Part shown: piece after piece, positions 18,820 to 28,354 of the stretch
How the letters are laid out: the number at the start of each line of letters is the position of its first letter
Position numbering within the stretch: position 1 is the stretch's first letter
Source of the DNA: Candidatus Bathyarchaeota archaeon
GTDB lineage: Archaea; Thermoproteota; Bathyarchaeia; Bathyarchaeales; Bathycorpusculaceae
Reading direction: 5' to 3'
DNA: 64,000 nt
NCBI GenBank assembly: GCA_963715865.1
Contig: OY970280.1
Location: 2,144,001 to 2,208,000 of the forward strand
Notes under the pieces: generated by a model
Databases searched by the model: none
The model's input: only the letters and a program-made list of their open reading frames with translations
What the model was told of the DNA's origin: nothing
Position numbers and translations under genes: made by a program

Positions 18820-19439
18820 TCACGTTGAAATTGTTTCACATAACCTAAAACTTTGTCAGCCTGCTCTTTCGGAATGTGCTCATTCTGATACAGCGAATTA
18901 ACGATTTCAGAAATTTTAGCTAAAGCATGTACTCTGAAGCCGAGTTTCTCAAGGTTCTCTTTGCCACCTTGCTCCCGGTTTACAACCACCAGCAAGTGCT
19001 TAACGTTAGCGCCTAGCTCTTGCAGAGGTTTTATTCCTTCAACTTTGGATAAGCCTTCACTTACGACGTCATCGAAGAAAAGGATGCTATCGCCTTTTGA
19101 TACGTCTGCGCCCGCGATTCTGCCTGTAACCCCGTAGGCTTTTTCCTCTTTCCTGACCACGACACAGGGCAAGTTTACTTTGCAGGCGATACTTGGCACT
19201 ATCAACGCGCCCTTAAGCTCAATAGAGGCCAATTTGTCTATTCTATCAGAAAGCATTATCTGCTTAACCTGTTCAGCGGCAACCTCAGCTATGGCGCACA
19301 GATGTTCTGGTGAAGAAAGTAAACGGGCAAGGTCAATATAGTATGGGCTGATTGCTCCAGACTTAATTTTGAAAACCCCAAACTTAACGCATCCAGACAA
19401 ATAAAGAGCGGCAGCCACTTTATCGGTAATGCTTGACAT
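18816..19439 (-). CDS. pyrE: Orotate phosphoribosyltransferase
   Basis: KFGVFKIKSGAISPYYIDL, VRKEEKAYG, PRPP-loop variant FDDVVSEGLS, VVVNREQGG. Confidence 0.85.
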   Translation of the reverse strand: MSSITDKVAAALYLSGCVKFGVFKIKSGAISPYYIDLARLLSSPEHLCAIAEVAAEQVKQIMLSDRIDKLASIELKGALIVPSIACKVNLPCVVVRKEEKAYGVTGRIAGADVSKGDSILFFDDVVSEGLSKVEGIKPLQELGANVKHLLVVVNREQGGKENLEKLGFRVHALAKISEIVNSLYQNEHIPKEQADKVLGYVKQFQRD

Positions 19440-19626
19440 GTGAATTATCCCTGATGTGAATGTAAACCAGGAAATTTAACCCTTTACCAGCACAAAAAGA
19501 GGTCAAGCAAAAGTTCAACCTCTCAATTTAACCTATAAATGAGGAAGGGAATGACCTTTCTGAGGACTAATACGCTTCAAGCCATAGTTTTTGTGTGAGC
19601 ACTATGGGTTCAAACTTGAAAGTAAG

Positions 19627-20598
19627 TTAAACGACTAAGTCTGCCATGTCTACACTGCGTTCATAAATCTGCCTAAGGAAAGACACCGCCGCCAAAAGTT
19701 GAGGCATCAAATCTAAAGAAGAGTCTTTTGCGACCCGTTCTATGCTTGAATAAGTTGCGTCGATTTTTCCCCGCAGGTTACGTACATTCTCTGCCAAAGA
19801 GATGTCTTTGGTTACAAAGGATTTCAACGCTTGCTCATGAGCTTCACAACAGATGGCTTGCAAATCAACCACCAACTTTTGCAGTTCCCCAGACAGCTTC
19901 ACTCCGTTGAGCGCTATTGCTTTAGCAGCCACCTGAACGCAGGCATCACCTATACCTTCAATTAAGCTTGCAGCCAAACGGTAATCCAAACATTCTATCG
20001 GAGTAATCCCAAGCTTCTCACTTAAACGTGGATTCTGAATTATTGTTCGCAAAATTCTAACCAACAAAAAATACAACCTATTACTCTCATCATCTCTGGC
20101 AACGACACTCTTAGCCAACTGCAAATCACCACAAATAAAAGAGGTAGCAACATCACGAGTCATCCCAGCAACAATGGCATAGTTACGTCGCAAAATTTTT
20201 TCAGGCAAAAACCCAGACGGCTCCAACAAGCACTGCAAAACTATCGCTGAAGAAGTCTCTTCGACAATCTCTAATCCAATTAGTGAACTTACAGTCAACT
20301 TGACAATGTTTCTGACATCATAAGCTATTCGGTCCTTTGCCTCAATGCGAATCACGTCATAACCAAGCAGATAACTACCAATAATTTCCCGACCCAAGTA
20401 AGGACCAACGCTTAAAGAAGCAATTCTAGGCTGCTGCTCAGCATCGTATTTTGAATCTACGACAAGCTTGCCGTTACTAGTTACTTCCAAATTCACTAAT
20501 TTGCCCTTTTTTAAACCGTTTTGTTGAGCCCAAGCTTTAGGCACACAAACAAAAAAAGTGCCCGTTGGCGTTTGTTGAACTTTGCGCAATTCACCCAT
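19627..20598 (-). CDS. phoU: Archaeal PhoU-family regulator with N-terminal AbrB/SpoVT domain
   Basis: RKVQQTPTGTFFVCVPKAWAQQNGLKKG AbrB domain; PhoU repeats RDDESNRLYFL and ERSVDMADL. Confidence 0.85.
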   Translation of the reverse strand: MGELRKVQQTPTGTFFVCVPKAWAQQNGLKKGKLVNLEVTSNGKLVVDSKYDAEQQPRIASLSVGPYLGREIIGSYLLGYDVIRIEAKDRIAYDVRNIVKLTVSSLIGLEIVEETSSAIVLQCLLEPSGFLPEKILRRNYAIVAGMTRDVATSFICGDLQLAKSVVARDDESNRLYFLLVRILRTIIQNPRLSEKLGITPIECLDYRLAASLIEGIGDACVQVAAKAIALNGVKLSGELQKLVVDLQAICCEAHEQALKSFVTKDISLAENVRNLRGKIDATYSSIERVAKDSSLDLMPQLLAAVSFLRQIYERSVDMADLVV

Positions 20599-20838
20599 AA
20601 TGGTACCCTAAGCGAGATATAACATATTTAAACTATACATCGCTTATATAAACTAAATTGATTTTGAATAATTAACGCTATAGCAACATTGCCCTACCTT
20701 CACTAAGTAAAATCATCAGAACCCTTAAACTTCAAAAAAGTTATCCTGTAAACAAAAAACAGTAAATAACTCAAAAGCATAAGAGCCTAAACATAAAAGT
20801 CAGGACTAAACCCGCTGGCTCGCAAGAACACGATCAAA

Positions 20839-22395
20839 ATGAGCGAAAAAGAAAAACTACAAAAAGCAATCGAAGCAACAATCGCAGCAGGATACCAACT
20901 AAATAGCGAAGCCTTTGAATTCTTAAGCCAAAACTCAGAGACGACCGATCCAGTCGGCATTATGAACTTAGCACTTCAAAGAATACAGGACTTACAGGAA
21001 AAACCAATCTTCATCGACAAAATTTTCTTAGAAACCTTACTACAACAGTTAACGGCGCCTATCCCAAAAACACAGTCCCAGCAACAGCAAAACGCCCTAG
21101 AACCACCAGAAAAACAGCAAACAAGTCTAGTTGAAAGCACTTTTTATCCGTACGCCAAGGATATAAAAGCAAGCATTAACGTTCTGGAAGATGCCACAGG
21201 CAAGCTTAGTTCCAACGGTACTCTCGAAGAATACTTGCAATATTTTCAAGACAGGTTTAAACGAATCGAACGCTTGTTAAGACAAAGAATCGACGTTAAA
21301 GCTGCAACACCGATACTAGAAGCGCTCAAGTCACCGGCTAAAACAAAACTCAAAATAATCTGTATGGTAACAGAAAAAAGAGAATCAAAAAATCAAATGA
21401 TACTATCAGTTGAAGATCTGCAAGGAAGCGCAACTGTCTTAGTGCCTCAAAAAGCACCAGAAGAAGTCCGCAAAAAAGCCCTACTTCTTTTGCTTGACCA
21501 AGTAATTTGCTTGGCAGTAATAAAAACAAGAAGCAACCTTTTCCTAGCTGAAGACATAATTTTTCCAGAAATAGGCAGAAAAACCCAACAAAGAGCCCAA
21601 GAACCAGTTTACGCTGTCTTAACGTCAGACCTTCACATTGGCAGCACTAAATTCCAAAAAGAAGCATTCAAACGATTCATACTCTGGCTTAATGGCAAAT
21701 ATGGAAACGAGCAAATGAAGGAAATAGCAAGCAGAGTAAAATATCTACTAATCGCAGGCGACATCGTTGACGGCGTTGGAATTTACCCCAACCAAGCAAA
21801 AGAGCTATCCATACGAGACGTGCACAAACAATACAACTTTGCTGCCAAGTACATGGAAAAAATCCCCGAGTACATCGAAATAATAATTTCTCCTGGCAAC
21901 CATGATGCCTCACGCAAAGCCTTACCCCAACCTGCCATACCACAAGATTATTTGAATGGACTTCAAGGTAAAAACATTCACTCAGTTGGAAGCCCATGCC
22001 TATTAAGCCTACATGGTGTGGAAGTTTTAATGTACCATGGCCGAAGCTTAGACGACATAATCGCTGTTATACCAGGAATGGACCATGAACACCCAGAAAA
22101 GGCAATGAAGCTACTCATGCAAAGCCGTCATTTAGCCCCACTTTACGGCGGCAAAACTATGTTATCACCCGAAAACCGAGATTACCTAGTAATAGACAGA
22201 GTGCCAGACATCTTCCACGCGGGGCACATTCACGTATTAGGTTACTGCAATTATCGTGGAGTACTGGTGGTAAATTCAGGCGGTTGGCAGGAACAGACAG
22301 AGTACATGGAAAAACTGGGGTTGGTCCCTACGCCAGGCAAAGTTCCAGTGGTGAACTTACAAACACTAGAAACAACCGTTCTCTCATTTAACTAA
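20839..22395 (+). CDS. polB: DNA polymerase D small (proofreading) subunit DP1
   Basis: SDLHIGS, AGDIVDGVGIYPNQ, PGNHD, YHGRS, RHLAPLYGG and FHAGHIH calcineurin-like motifs plus OB fold. Confidence 0.97.
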   Translation: MSEKEKLQKAIEATIAAGYQLNSEAFEFLSQNSETTDPVGIMNLALQRIQDLQEKPIFIDKIFLETLLQQLTAPIPKTQSQQQQNALEPPEKQQTSLVESTFYPYAKDIKASINVLEDATGKLSSNGTLEEYLQYFQDRFKRIERLLRQRIDVKAATPILEALKSPAKTKLKIICMVTEKRESKNQMILSVEDLQGSATVLVPQKAPEEVRKKALLLLLDQVICLAVIKTRSNLFLAEDIIFPEIGRKTQQRAQEPVYAVLTSDLHIGSTKFQKEAFKRFILWLNGKYGNEQMKEIASRVKYLLIAGDIVDGVGIYPNQAKELSIRDVHKQYNFAAKYMEKIPEYIEIIISPGNHDASRKALPQPAIPQDYLNGLQGKNIHSVGSPCLLSLHGVEVLMYHGRSLDDIIAVIPGMDHEHPEKAMKLLMQSRHLAPLYGGKTMLSPENRDYLVIDRVPDIFHAGHIHVLGYCNYRGVLVVNSGGWQEQTEYMEKLGLVPTPGKVPVVNLQTLETTVLSFN

Positions 22396-22410
22396 GTGTC
22401 CCAGCAGTTT

Positions 22411-23652
22411 TCAGCTATCACTAATCGAGCGCTTATGAGAAACTTGCGGAGAATAATCGATTAAACGGCCAAATCGGCTATCACCGCCAAATACATCCTT
22501 AATAAGGCTTCGGGAAATTTCAAGCCTGATTTTTTTCGTTCTACCATACCGACCCATACTTACAACTTTCGCATTTACAAGACCCATGGAATCAAGCTCG
22601 TTAATTAAAGTGCCTAAACGGCGTTGTGTCAGAAGCCCAGCACCCAATTCGCCACAAAGTTCGTTGTAAACATCGTATATTTCGCCTGTAGTAGCACTTG
22701 ACTTGTTCAAGTGGTAAACGCTGAGAAGTACTAATGTGGAATGTAGCGTTAAATTTTTGAGAGCTTCAACCACTCGGTTATGCTCAATATTCTTCTCCGC
22801 CTGGCGTACATGCTCTTCTGTAATTACCTTAGCGCCTTGGCGCTCAGCAACTTCTCCAGCAACACGCAACAAATCCAGAGCTCGTCTCGCATCCCCATGC
22901 TCAGCAGCAGCCAAAGCTGAACAAATACTTAACGCTGAATCAGACAAAACGCCCTCTTGAAAGGATAATTTTGATCGTTCAAAAAGAATGTTTCGAAGTT
23001 CACCCGCATCGTACGGCCTAAAAACCAGTTCTTCCTCGCTAAGAGAACTAAAAACTCTAGGATCCAAAAATTCCTTCAATCGAAGGTCGTTTGATATGCC
23101 GATTATCGAAACCTTGCTCTTATGTAGAGTTTCATTTATCCTTGTTAGCTCATACATAAAAGCGTCTCCTCGGTCTTTGATCAAGGCATCAATTTCATCG
23201 AGAACTATGATAAAAATTATTCTGGAAGAATCTAAACCTGCTCTAAACCTATCAAAAACTTCACCAACAGACAAGCCTGTAAAAGGTATAGCCACACCAA
23301 GGTTTTGGCTTAGATTTGCGAAAACGCGGTATTCCGAACCGGTCATTCGGCAATTTATGTAACAAAATTTTACTGACGCACCATATTCTTTCGCCTTAGA
23401 TTCTAGATGGCTCAACACGTATTTTGTTACTGCTGTTTTTCCGGTTCCGGTTTGTCCATAAATAAAAATGTTAGAACATCTTGCATTCTTTAGGACTGGC
23501 GCAACAGTTTGTCCTAATAATCTTATTTGTTCTTCTCTGTGGGGTAATTTTTCAGGAAGATAATCGTGCCTCAGAACTTCTCTATCCTTAAACAATCGAA
23601 CTCCATTAACGAAATTTTCGAATACGTCATCTAATACGCTTGGATTTCCCAT
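22411..23652 (-). CDS. cdc6: Orc1/Cdc6 replication initiator
   Basis: LPHREEQI, Walker A GQTGTGKT, VLDEID, GDARRALDLLR and C-terminal wHTH ...GRYGRTK. Confidence 0.97.
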   Translation of the reverse strand: MGNPSVLDDVFENFVNGVRLFKDREVLRHDYLPEKLPHREEQIRLLGQTVAPVLKNARCSNIFIYGQTGTGKTAVTKYVLSHLESKAKEYGASVKFCYINCRMTGSEYRVFANLSQNLGVAIPFTGLSVGEVFDRFRAGLDSSRIIFIIVLDEIDALIKDRGDAFMYELTRINETLHKSKVSIIGISNDLRLKEFLDPRVFSSLSEEELVFRPYDAGELRNILFERSKLSFQEGVLSDSALSICSALAAAEHGDARRALDLLRVAGEVAERQGAKVITEEHVRQAEKNIEHNRVVEALKNLTLHSTLVLLSVYHLNKSSATTGEIYDVYNELCGELGAGLLTQRRLGTLINELDSMGLVNAKVVSMGRYGRTKKIRLEISRSLIKDVFGGDSRFGRLIDYSPQVSHKRSISDS

Positions 23653-23801
23653 TTACCCAATCTCACATTTTTCAGAGGCATCACTGTTATTTCGTGTGGA
23701 ACAGATAAAGCATATAGTACAAAAAACTGGTCTTGGAACACAATAATCCTAAAAAACGATGGAAACACTCGATAACAACTAAACAAAATGAGAGCAAGAC
23801 G

Positions 23802-23824
23802 CACCCCAATGTTTCTACTGGAAA
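23802..23824 (-). promoter_or_regulatory. ORB box 1
   Basis: Minus strand reads TTTCCAGTAGAAACATTGGGGTG, matching the archaeal ORB consensus (TCCAGTGGAAAC..GGGG). Confidence 0.9.
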
Positions 23825-23985
23825 AAAATCTTGTTTAAGAAGAAAATGACTTTATTTATATTAATGTAAATATACTCTGATAGGTAAGAAGTAATTTGGT
23901 ATATTAATAATTCCTATCCAAGATTTTAGATAAACAGTTTGCAAATATTTTTTCAAGCTTTCCTAGCTTCTTTTTAGCCTGAACA

Positions 23986-24008
23986 CTTCGAGAGGAAACA
24001 TAGGGGTG
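23986..24008 (+). promoter_or_regulatory. ORB box 2
   Basis: CTTCGAGAGGAAACATAGGGGTG, 18/23 identical to ORB1. Confidence 0.82.
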
Positions 24009-24140
24009 CCCCTCCAAGTATTTTCCCAATGGTAAATTAAATTATTAAAAGCGGTAGTTAAGTTGTTTTAACCGTAACTAATTAAATTCTAAACAAAGTA
24101 TATTTTCAGAATTTTCGCGCTAAAGCCTTCCTATTTTTAG

Positions 24141-24441
24141 TTCACAAAACTGTGAATCCGTGTGAAATAGCATTAAAATTGTTCCTTTCTCAAGTCTCTT
24201 TTCATATAAATTACCCTTTTCCTGTCCTTTCCCTGTGAATAAGGCACCCCTTCACTTCTACTGGAAAAGTAAAACAAAGCCATAACTAAATTTTTTTAGC
24301 TGTTTCACTTTAGCGTGAAGCTGGTTATTGTAAAAAAACTGTATTTTTAATCGTTTTTTAATTTACAAGCTTGATATTGCCTTTTTTAATTCCTTTGTTT
24401 CACCATAACAGCTATAAGTTGTGAAGTGTAAAGCTTGTGAA
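24141..24441. repeat. TTCAC/GTGAA box array at the right edge of oriC
   Basis: Ten TCAC/GTGA hits (24142, 24152, 24162, 24235, 24252, 24305, 24315, 24400, 24421, 24437), all in TTCAC context; two form TTCAC-N6-GTGAA palindromes. Confidence 0.75.
24245..24267 (-). promoter_or_regulatory. ORB box 3
   Basis: Minus strand reads TTTCCAGTAGAAGTGAAGGGGTG; the first 12 nt and the GGGGTG tail are identical to ORB1. Confidence 0.88.
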
Positions 24442-24463
24442 CAACCCTTAAGGTGTGCACCTA

Positions 24464-24892
24464 ATGCCAGCTCGTAAAATACGCGTTGAGCTGTTCGATA
24501 GCGATGGTAATCGATATACTATTGCTTTTGAGGGTCAGGTAACCCGTGATAAAGCTCTACGCCTCTTGGATCTTGTAGAATTGCTAGGTGGTGTACCGGG
24601 TGAGGGTCCAACTTTAGGTACAGGGGCTTCTTTACCAAATCGCGTCCTTTCGCGCTTTGAAAAAGTTCAGTTAGTGATTCAGAAAAGTTTTCCGTTAATT
24701 TGGTTTTCTTCAAAGGATATTCAGTCGATTTATGAGCAGGAACTTAAAGAGCCAATTAGCCTTAGTACAGTTTCCACTTATCTTTCAAGGATGGCAGGCA
24801 AAGGTATGCTTTTAAGGACTGGTGGACAAAACAATTTGAAGTATAAAACTGCAAACATTTCTCAAGCGACTATAAAGCAACGCATAAAGTAA
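24464..24892 (+). CDS. oriC-flanking protein with small N-terminal domain and C-terminal winged helix
   Basis: N-terminal IRVELFDSDGNRYTIAFEG; C-terminal SSKDIQSIYEQELKEPISLSTVSTYLSRMAGKGMLLRTG wHTH pattern; ATG at 24464 follows an AGGTG SD. Confidence 0.8.
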   Translation: MPARKIRVELFDSDGNRYTIAFEGQVTRDKALRLLDLVELLGGVPGEGPTLGTGASLPNRVLSRFEKVQLVIQKSFPLIWFSSKDIQSIYEQELKEPISLSTVSTYLSRMAGKGMLLRTGGQNNLKYKTANISQATIKQRIK

Positions 24893-24977
24893 CTTGAGCA
24901 GCTAAGTGACGCAAAGCATAAAACTAAATTTAGTGTGACTAAGGATTGATTCCGTGAGCGCTTAGGGTAGAGTACAA

Positions 24978-25997
24978 TTGGATAAGAGTATTGAAGTAGA
25001 CTTCGGCGAAATGGAACATAAACTTAAATGTTATATTGATAAAGGCAGAATCGCTCTTGGAAGTCAAGTAAAAGAAGAACCGTTAGTAGCGGTAAAACCT
25101 GATGCTTCACTAATTAGGCCTCTAAAGAAAGTTACTACGTACATGGGCAGTTTCATTGCTGTTGACTGCTCCACTCGTACTTTAAAGCGAGCAAATAATT
25201 GGGGAGTATACTTAATGCGCGCCTCATGCGTTTCAGTTAGAGAGCGCGCAGTTGATTGGAGCTACTCAGAGAGAATTTGCACTGTTGTCGGGGACTCGCA
25301 TGTACGTAGGAGTTACCTGCAGGATTTTAGGATTGAATTAGAAAGTCAAGTTGCTCTGCGAATGCTTAAAGAACAACTAAGTAAGCCTTACCACGTACAT
25401 GGGGATGTACGTAGTATGTACCTTCTCCTAGATGGTGGTGGCTACTTTGGTGGTGAACGAAAGTTTAGAGTATCTCTTTATGAGGAATGCAAGAAAAATG
25501 GTGTTAGGCTTTTAGCCATCAGCAAGAATTCTCCTTCAATGCATGATGAGAAAGGCAGAGACTTAGTCGCTACTACGTACACCATGACCTCTCATCCAAT
25601 TTGGGTGTATTACCCCGTGCGGAAAGCAGACAAAGACAGAAGCTTGTATGGCGATATCGCTATCGTAAAGCTATGCGCTGAAAGCCAGCACGTTTTCCGT
25701 TGTGACATAATGGATTATCTTACCCAACAAGATATTGTTGAATTGCTTTCACCTTTAACCAGCGTCTGTGAGGATCCTCGATGTGTAGGTTATCCAATAA
25801 GCCTCTACTTGGCACACGAATTCTCGGCCCCTTCAAATTCTATGCTGTTTTCTTATCATGACCAGATTGAAGATAAACTAAATGAAGCAGGATTGCTTGA
25901 TGCTCTGAGAAGAGAAGAACGTTCATGCAGTTTTGCAGATGAGATTCATGGAGTAAAACACGCGTTTGAATGGGAGATGTGGGATGACCAATACTGA
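24978..25997 (+). CDS. nurA: NurA-family nuclease (divergent)
   Basis: FIAVDCS and LLLDGG catalytic Asp motifs, LAISKNS, GYPISLYLAHE. Confidence 0.82.
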   Translation: MDKSIEVDFGEMEHKLKCYIDKGRIALGSQVKEEPLVAVKPDASLIRPLKKVTTYMGSFIAVDCSTRTLKRANNWGVYLMRASCVSVRERAVDWSYSERICTVVGDSHVRRSYLQDFRIELESQVALRMLKEQLSKPYHVHGDVRSMYLLLDGGGYFGGERKFRVSLYEECKKNGVRLLAISKNSPSMHDEKGRDLVATTYTMTSHPIWVYYPVRKADKDRSLYGDIAIVKLCAESQHVFRCDIMDYLTQQDIVELLSPLTSVCEDPRCVGYPISLYLAHEFSAPSNSMLFSYHDQIEDKLNEAGLLDALRREERSCSFADEIHGVKHAFEWEMWDDQY

Positions 25998-27513
25998 TTC
26001 AATAGGATTTGTTTGCGGAACAAAGGGCGATTCAGTTTCATTTCTAGTCAGCAAAAACATCGGATTATCGTTTGGCCAAATAGTACGCATTGACTCTGGC
26101 GAAAGAAACTTTTATGCCCGGGTCGTTAATTCTGAAAGCAGTTCAACCCTTGAAACAATAGAACAGTTGCGTGAGGCAGAAGGCAAAGAGGCATTTGGAC
26201 CATATTCAGCTTACAGAAGTGTGGAAGCGATCCTGTTTTTGGAAAAGAGAGGCGATACTTTGCGTTCGCCAACATTTAACCCAAACTACCGTGACAGAGT
26301 ATACGCCTCAACCGACGAAGACTGCTCCATATTAAAGCTCTCAGGCGAACTTGAAATTGGGTGCTTGCGTTCAGAAGACCAAGTCCTAAGCTCAGTAGGC
26401 ATAAACATTGAAGCTATACCCAAAATGATGGGCATGTTCGGCATGACCGGCTCTGGAAAAACAAACACCGAATTAATCATAAATGCTCAACTAATCGATA
26501 ACAGTCCAAGAACTGTGGCTCTAATTTACGACTTTGCCGGGCAACTTCTAGAGGGAAAAGAAATTAAAACACAAAGAGGTCTAAAAGATCACCCCTTATT
26601 CCACAGCAAAGTCCAATTCTACTCAGCTCAGGATGGAAAAATGGCTGTGGGCTTAAGCACTATAATCCCTGGCAAACTCGAAACTCTGTTTCCTGATATT
26701 CAGCCTCCTCAAAAACGGCTGGCATGGGCCTTGTATAGGCATTTTGGAGCTGACTGGATTCAAAGTGCCAGAGAACTGTATCATAATGAGGGAAACGTTG
26801 GTGTCCGTGCGCAAAAAGTTGTTGCTGACGCACTGATGCAAAAGCTCTCCTCCCTATCAAGTGACCTCTTCCCAGCTTCTAATTACAGTTTTGTTGAAAG
26901 TGTCCTTCAGAATATATGCAAAGGCATAACCTGCTTAATCGACATTTCAGGGCTTCGTTCGGAAGATCAAAACCGAATCGTTTGTTTATCTGCATCAGCA
27001 GTAGCTGAACATTATAAGCGTATGTGGGAAGATAACTTCGAGGAATGGCGAAAGCTTCCTACGCTGCTAATAACCCTTGAGGAAGCACACGAGTTTCTTG
27101 ATCCAAATAAGCCTCGGACAATTTTTTCTGATATTGCCCTTACATATCGCAAGTACAGGGTTGGGCTTAACGCTGTGACTCCAAGGCCTTCAAGGATTAA
27201 CTTTGACGTGTTTGCTGAGTTGTGGACTAAAGTGATAATGAAAACAGAGTTGAAGAAGGATAGACTTTACTTGACTGAAAATACTCCGTACATGGAGTAC
27301 AGTGAAACAGAAATAAAAATGCTTGACGTCGGTGAAGCTTTGCTTATTTCAGAGCCAAAGATCAAATTTGCTGTTCCAATCAAGGTAACGCATTATCCAG
27401 AGTACCTAGATAAGCATCGCAGGGTTGATTATGGGCTTCCTGATTCACCGAAACTTACGCAGATGGATGAGCGTCTTAAACGGTTGAGTGGGCAAGAGAC
27501 GCCTTCTTTGTAG
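25984..27513 (+). CDS. herA: HerA-family ATPase (divergent)
   Basis: N-terminal HAS-barrel-like region, Walker A GMTGSGKT, Walker B ITLEEAHEF, YRKYRVGLNAVTPRPS; start overlaps the nurA stop. Confidence 0.85.
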   Translation: MTNTDSIGFVCGTKGDSVSFLVSKNIGLSFGQIVRIDSGERNFYARVVNSESSSTLETIEQLREAEGKEAFGPYSAYRSVEAILFLEKRGDTLRSPTFNPNYRDRVYASTDEDCSILKLSGELEIGCLRSEDQVLSSVGINIEAIPKMMGMFGMTGSGKTNTELIINAQLIDNSPRTVALIYDFAGQLLEGKEIKTQRGLKDHPLFHSKVQFYSAQDGKMAVGLSTIIPGKLETLFPDIQPPQKRLAWALYRHFGADWIQSARELYHNEGNVGVRAQKVVADALMQKLSSLSSDLFPASNYSFVESVLQNICKGITCLIDISGLRSEDQNRIVCLSASAVAEHYKRMWEDNFEEWRKLPTLLITLEEAHEFLDPNKPRTIFSDIALTYRKYRVGLNAVTPRPSRINFDVFAELWTKVIMKTELKKDRLYLTENTPYMEYSETEIKMLDVGEALLISEPKIKFAVPIKVTHYPEYLDKHRRVDYGLPDSPKLTQMDERLKRLSGQETPSL

Positions 27514-27515
27514 GT

Positions 27516-28232
27516 TTATGTTTGTTGGCTGTTTTCGGTTTTCTTTAGTAGCTTTTCCATCTCTTTTTTGATACTGTACCTAAAGGGTATTTTGCCTACT
27601 TCCCTTTCCAAATAGCCTTCTTCATAAAGTTTCTTCATCAGTCTTGCTGTGTGCTCCCTGCTAAGTTGTACTCTGTCTTTGACTTCCGGCGCTGTCTTGG
27701 GGCCTTCTGAAGATAACATTTCCAGCACTGCAATTTCTGTATCTGTTAATGCAGCCATTGCTTTATCACGCTTGATTGGTATAACAGGTTCACCTTTAAT
27801 TTCGGGAGCAACAGTAAACTTTTGGATTTGCTCTTCAAAACCAGTTATTTTCACCCTTAACGTTTCCTGGGAATCTTCAATATCTTTGATTTTCGATTCC
27901 AAACTGGTTAATCCTGATAAAATGTTAGTGTTGTTCTGTGAAATAGCGCTGACTTGATTCTCTAAAGGCGCCATCTTCTTTTCAACGTTGTCCATCTTTT
28001 TAAGGCTTGTATCAGCTTTAGCAGAGCTTCCCTCAACTTTGTATGCAATAAGTTCTAATCTGTCGGCTTCACGCTTGAGTTCTCTGTTAAAACTGAGCAC
28101 AATGTCTTCGACAATATCCTTAGCTTTCTCGTATTCTTTTTGTGCCTTGCGTATTTGCCTATAATACTCCACTGATGCTGCTACTGTCGCAGCCAGCAAA
28201 ACGCCTAAGATTACAAGTGCAAAGTCAACCGT
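27516..28232 (-). CDS. Membrane-anchored coiled-coil protein with C-terminal winged helix
   Basis: Frame extends 5' of the called TTG (28199) to complete a TM helix VDFALVILGVLLAATVAASV; about 130-aa heptad-rich stalk; wHTH LTDTEIAVLEMLSSEGPKTAPEVKDRVQLSREHTARLMKKLYEEGYLER; start placed at ACG 28232 (uncertain). Confidence 0.82.
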   Translation of the reverse strand, partial: TVDFALVILGVLLAATVAASVEYYRQIRKAQKEYEKAKDIVEDIVLSFNRELKREADRLELIAYKVEGSSAKADTSLKKMDNVEKKMAPLENQVSAISQNNTNILSGLTSLESKIKDIEDSQETLRVKITGFEEQIQKFTVAPEIKGEPVIPIKRDKAMAALTDTEIAVLEMLSSEGPKTAPEVKDRVQLSREHTARLMKKLYEEGYLEREVGKIPFRYSIKKEMEKLLKKTENSQQT

Positions 28233-28245
28233 GCTTTTCCACCCC

Positions 28246-28354
28246 TGTGATTTAAGCGTGATTTAATCAGTTGCATCACACATCACAGTTCCCCATGGAC
28301 TTTTTAAGGTTTGCGGTGACATTCCCGCATGTTCTTATGATATCACACATCACA
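28246..28354. repeat. RTCAC box array 1
   Basis: Seven TCAC/GTGA hits; GTGATTTAA twice (28247, 28258); exact 13-mer ATCACACATCACA twice (28275, 28342). Confidence 0.85.

Larger units (their letters stand above)
23653..24454. other. Chromosomal replication origin (oriC)
   Basis: About 800-bp AT-rich non-coding gap immediately upstream of cdc6 with three ORB boxes in alternating orientation. Confidence 0.88.
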
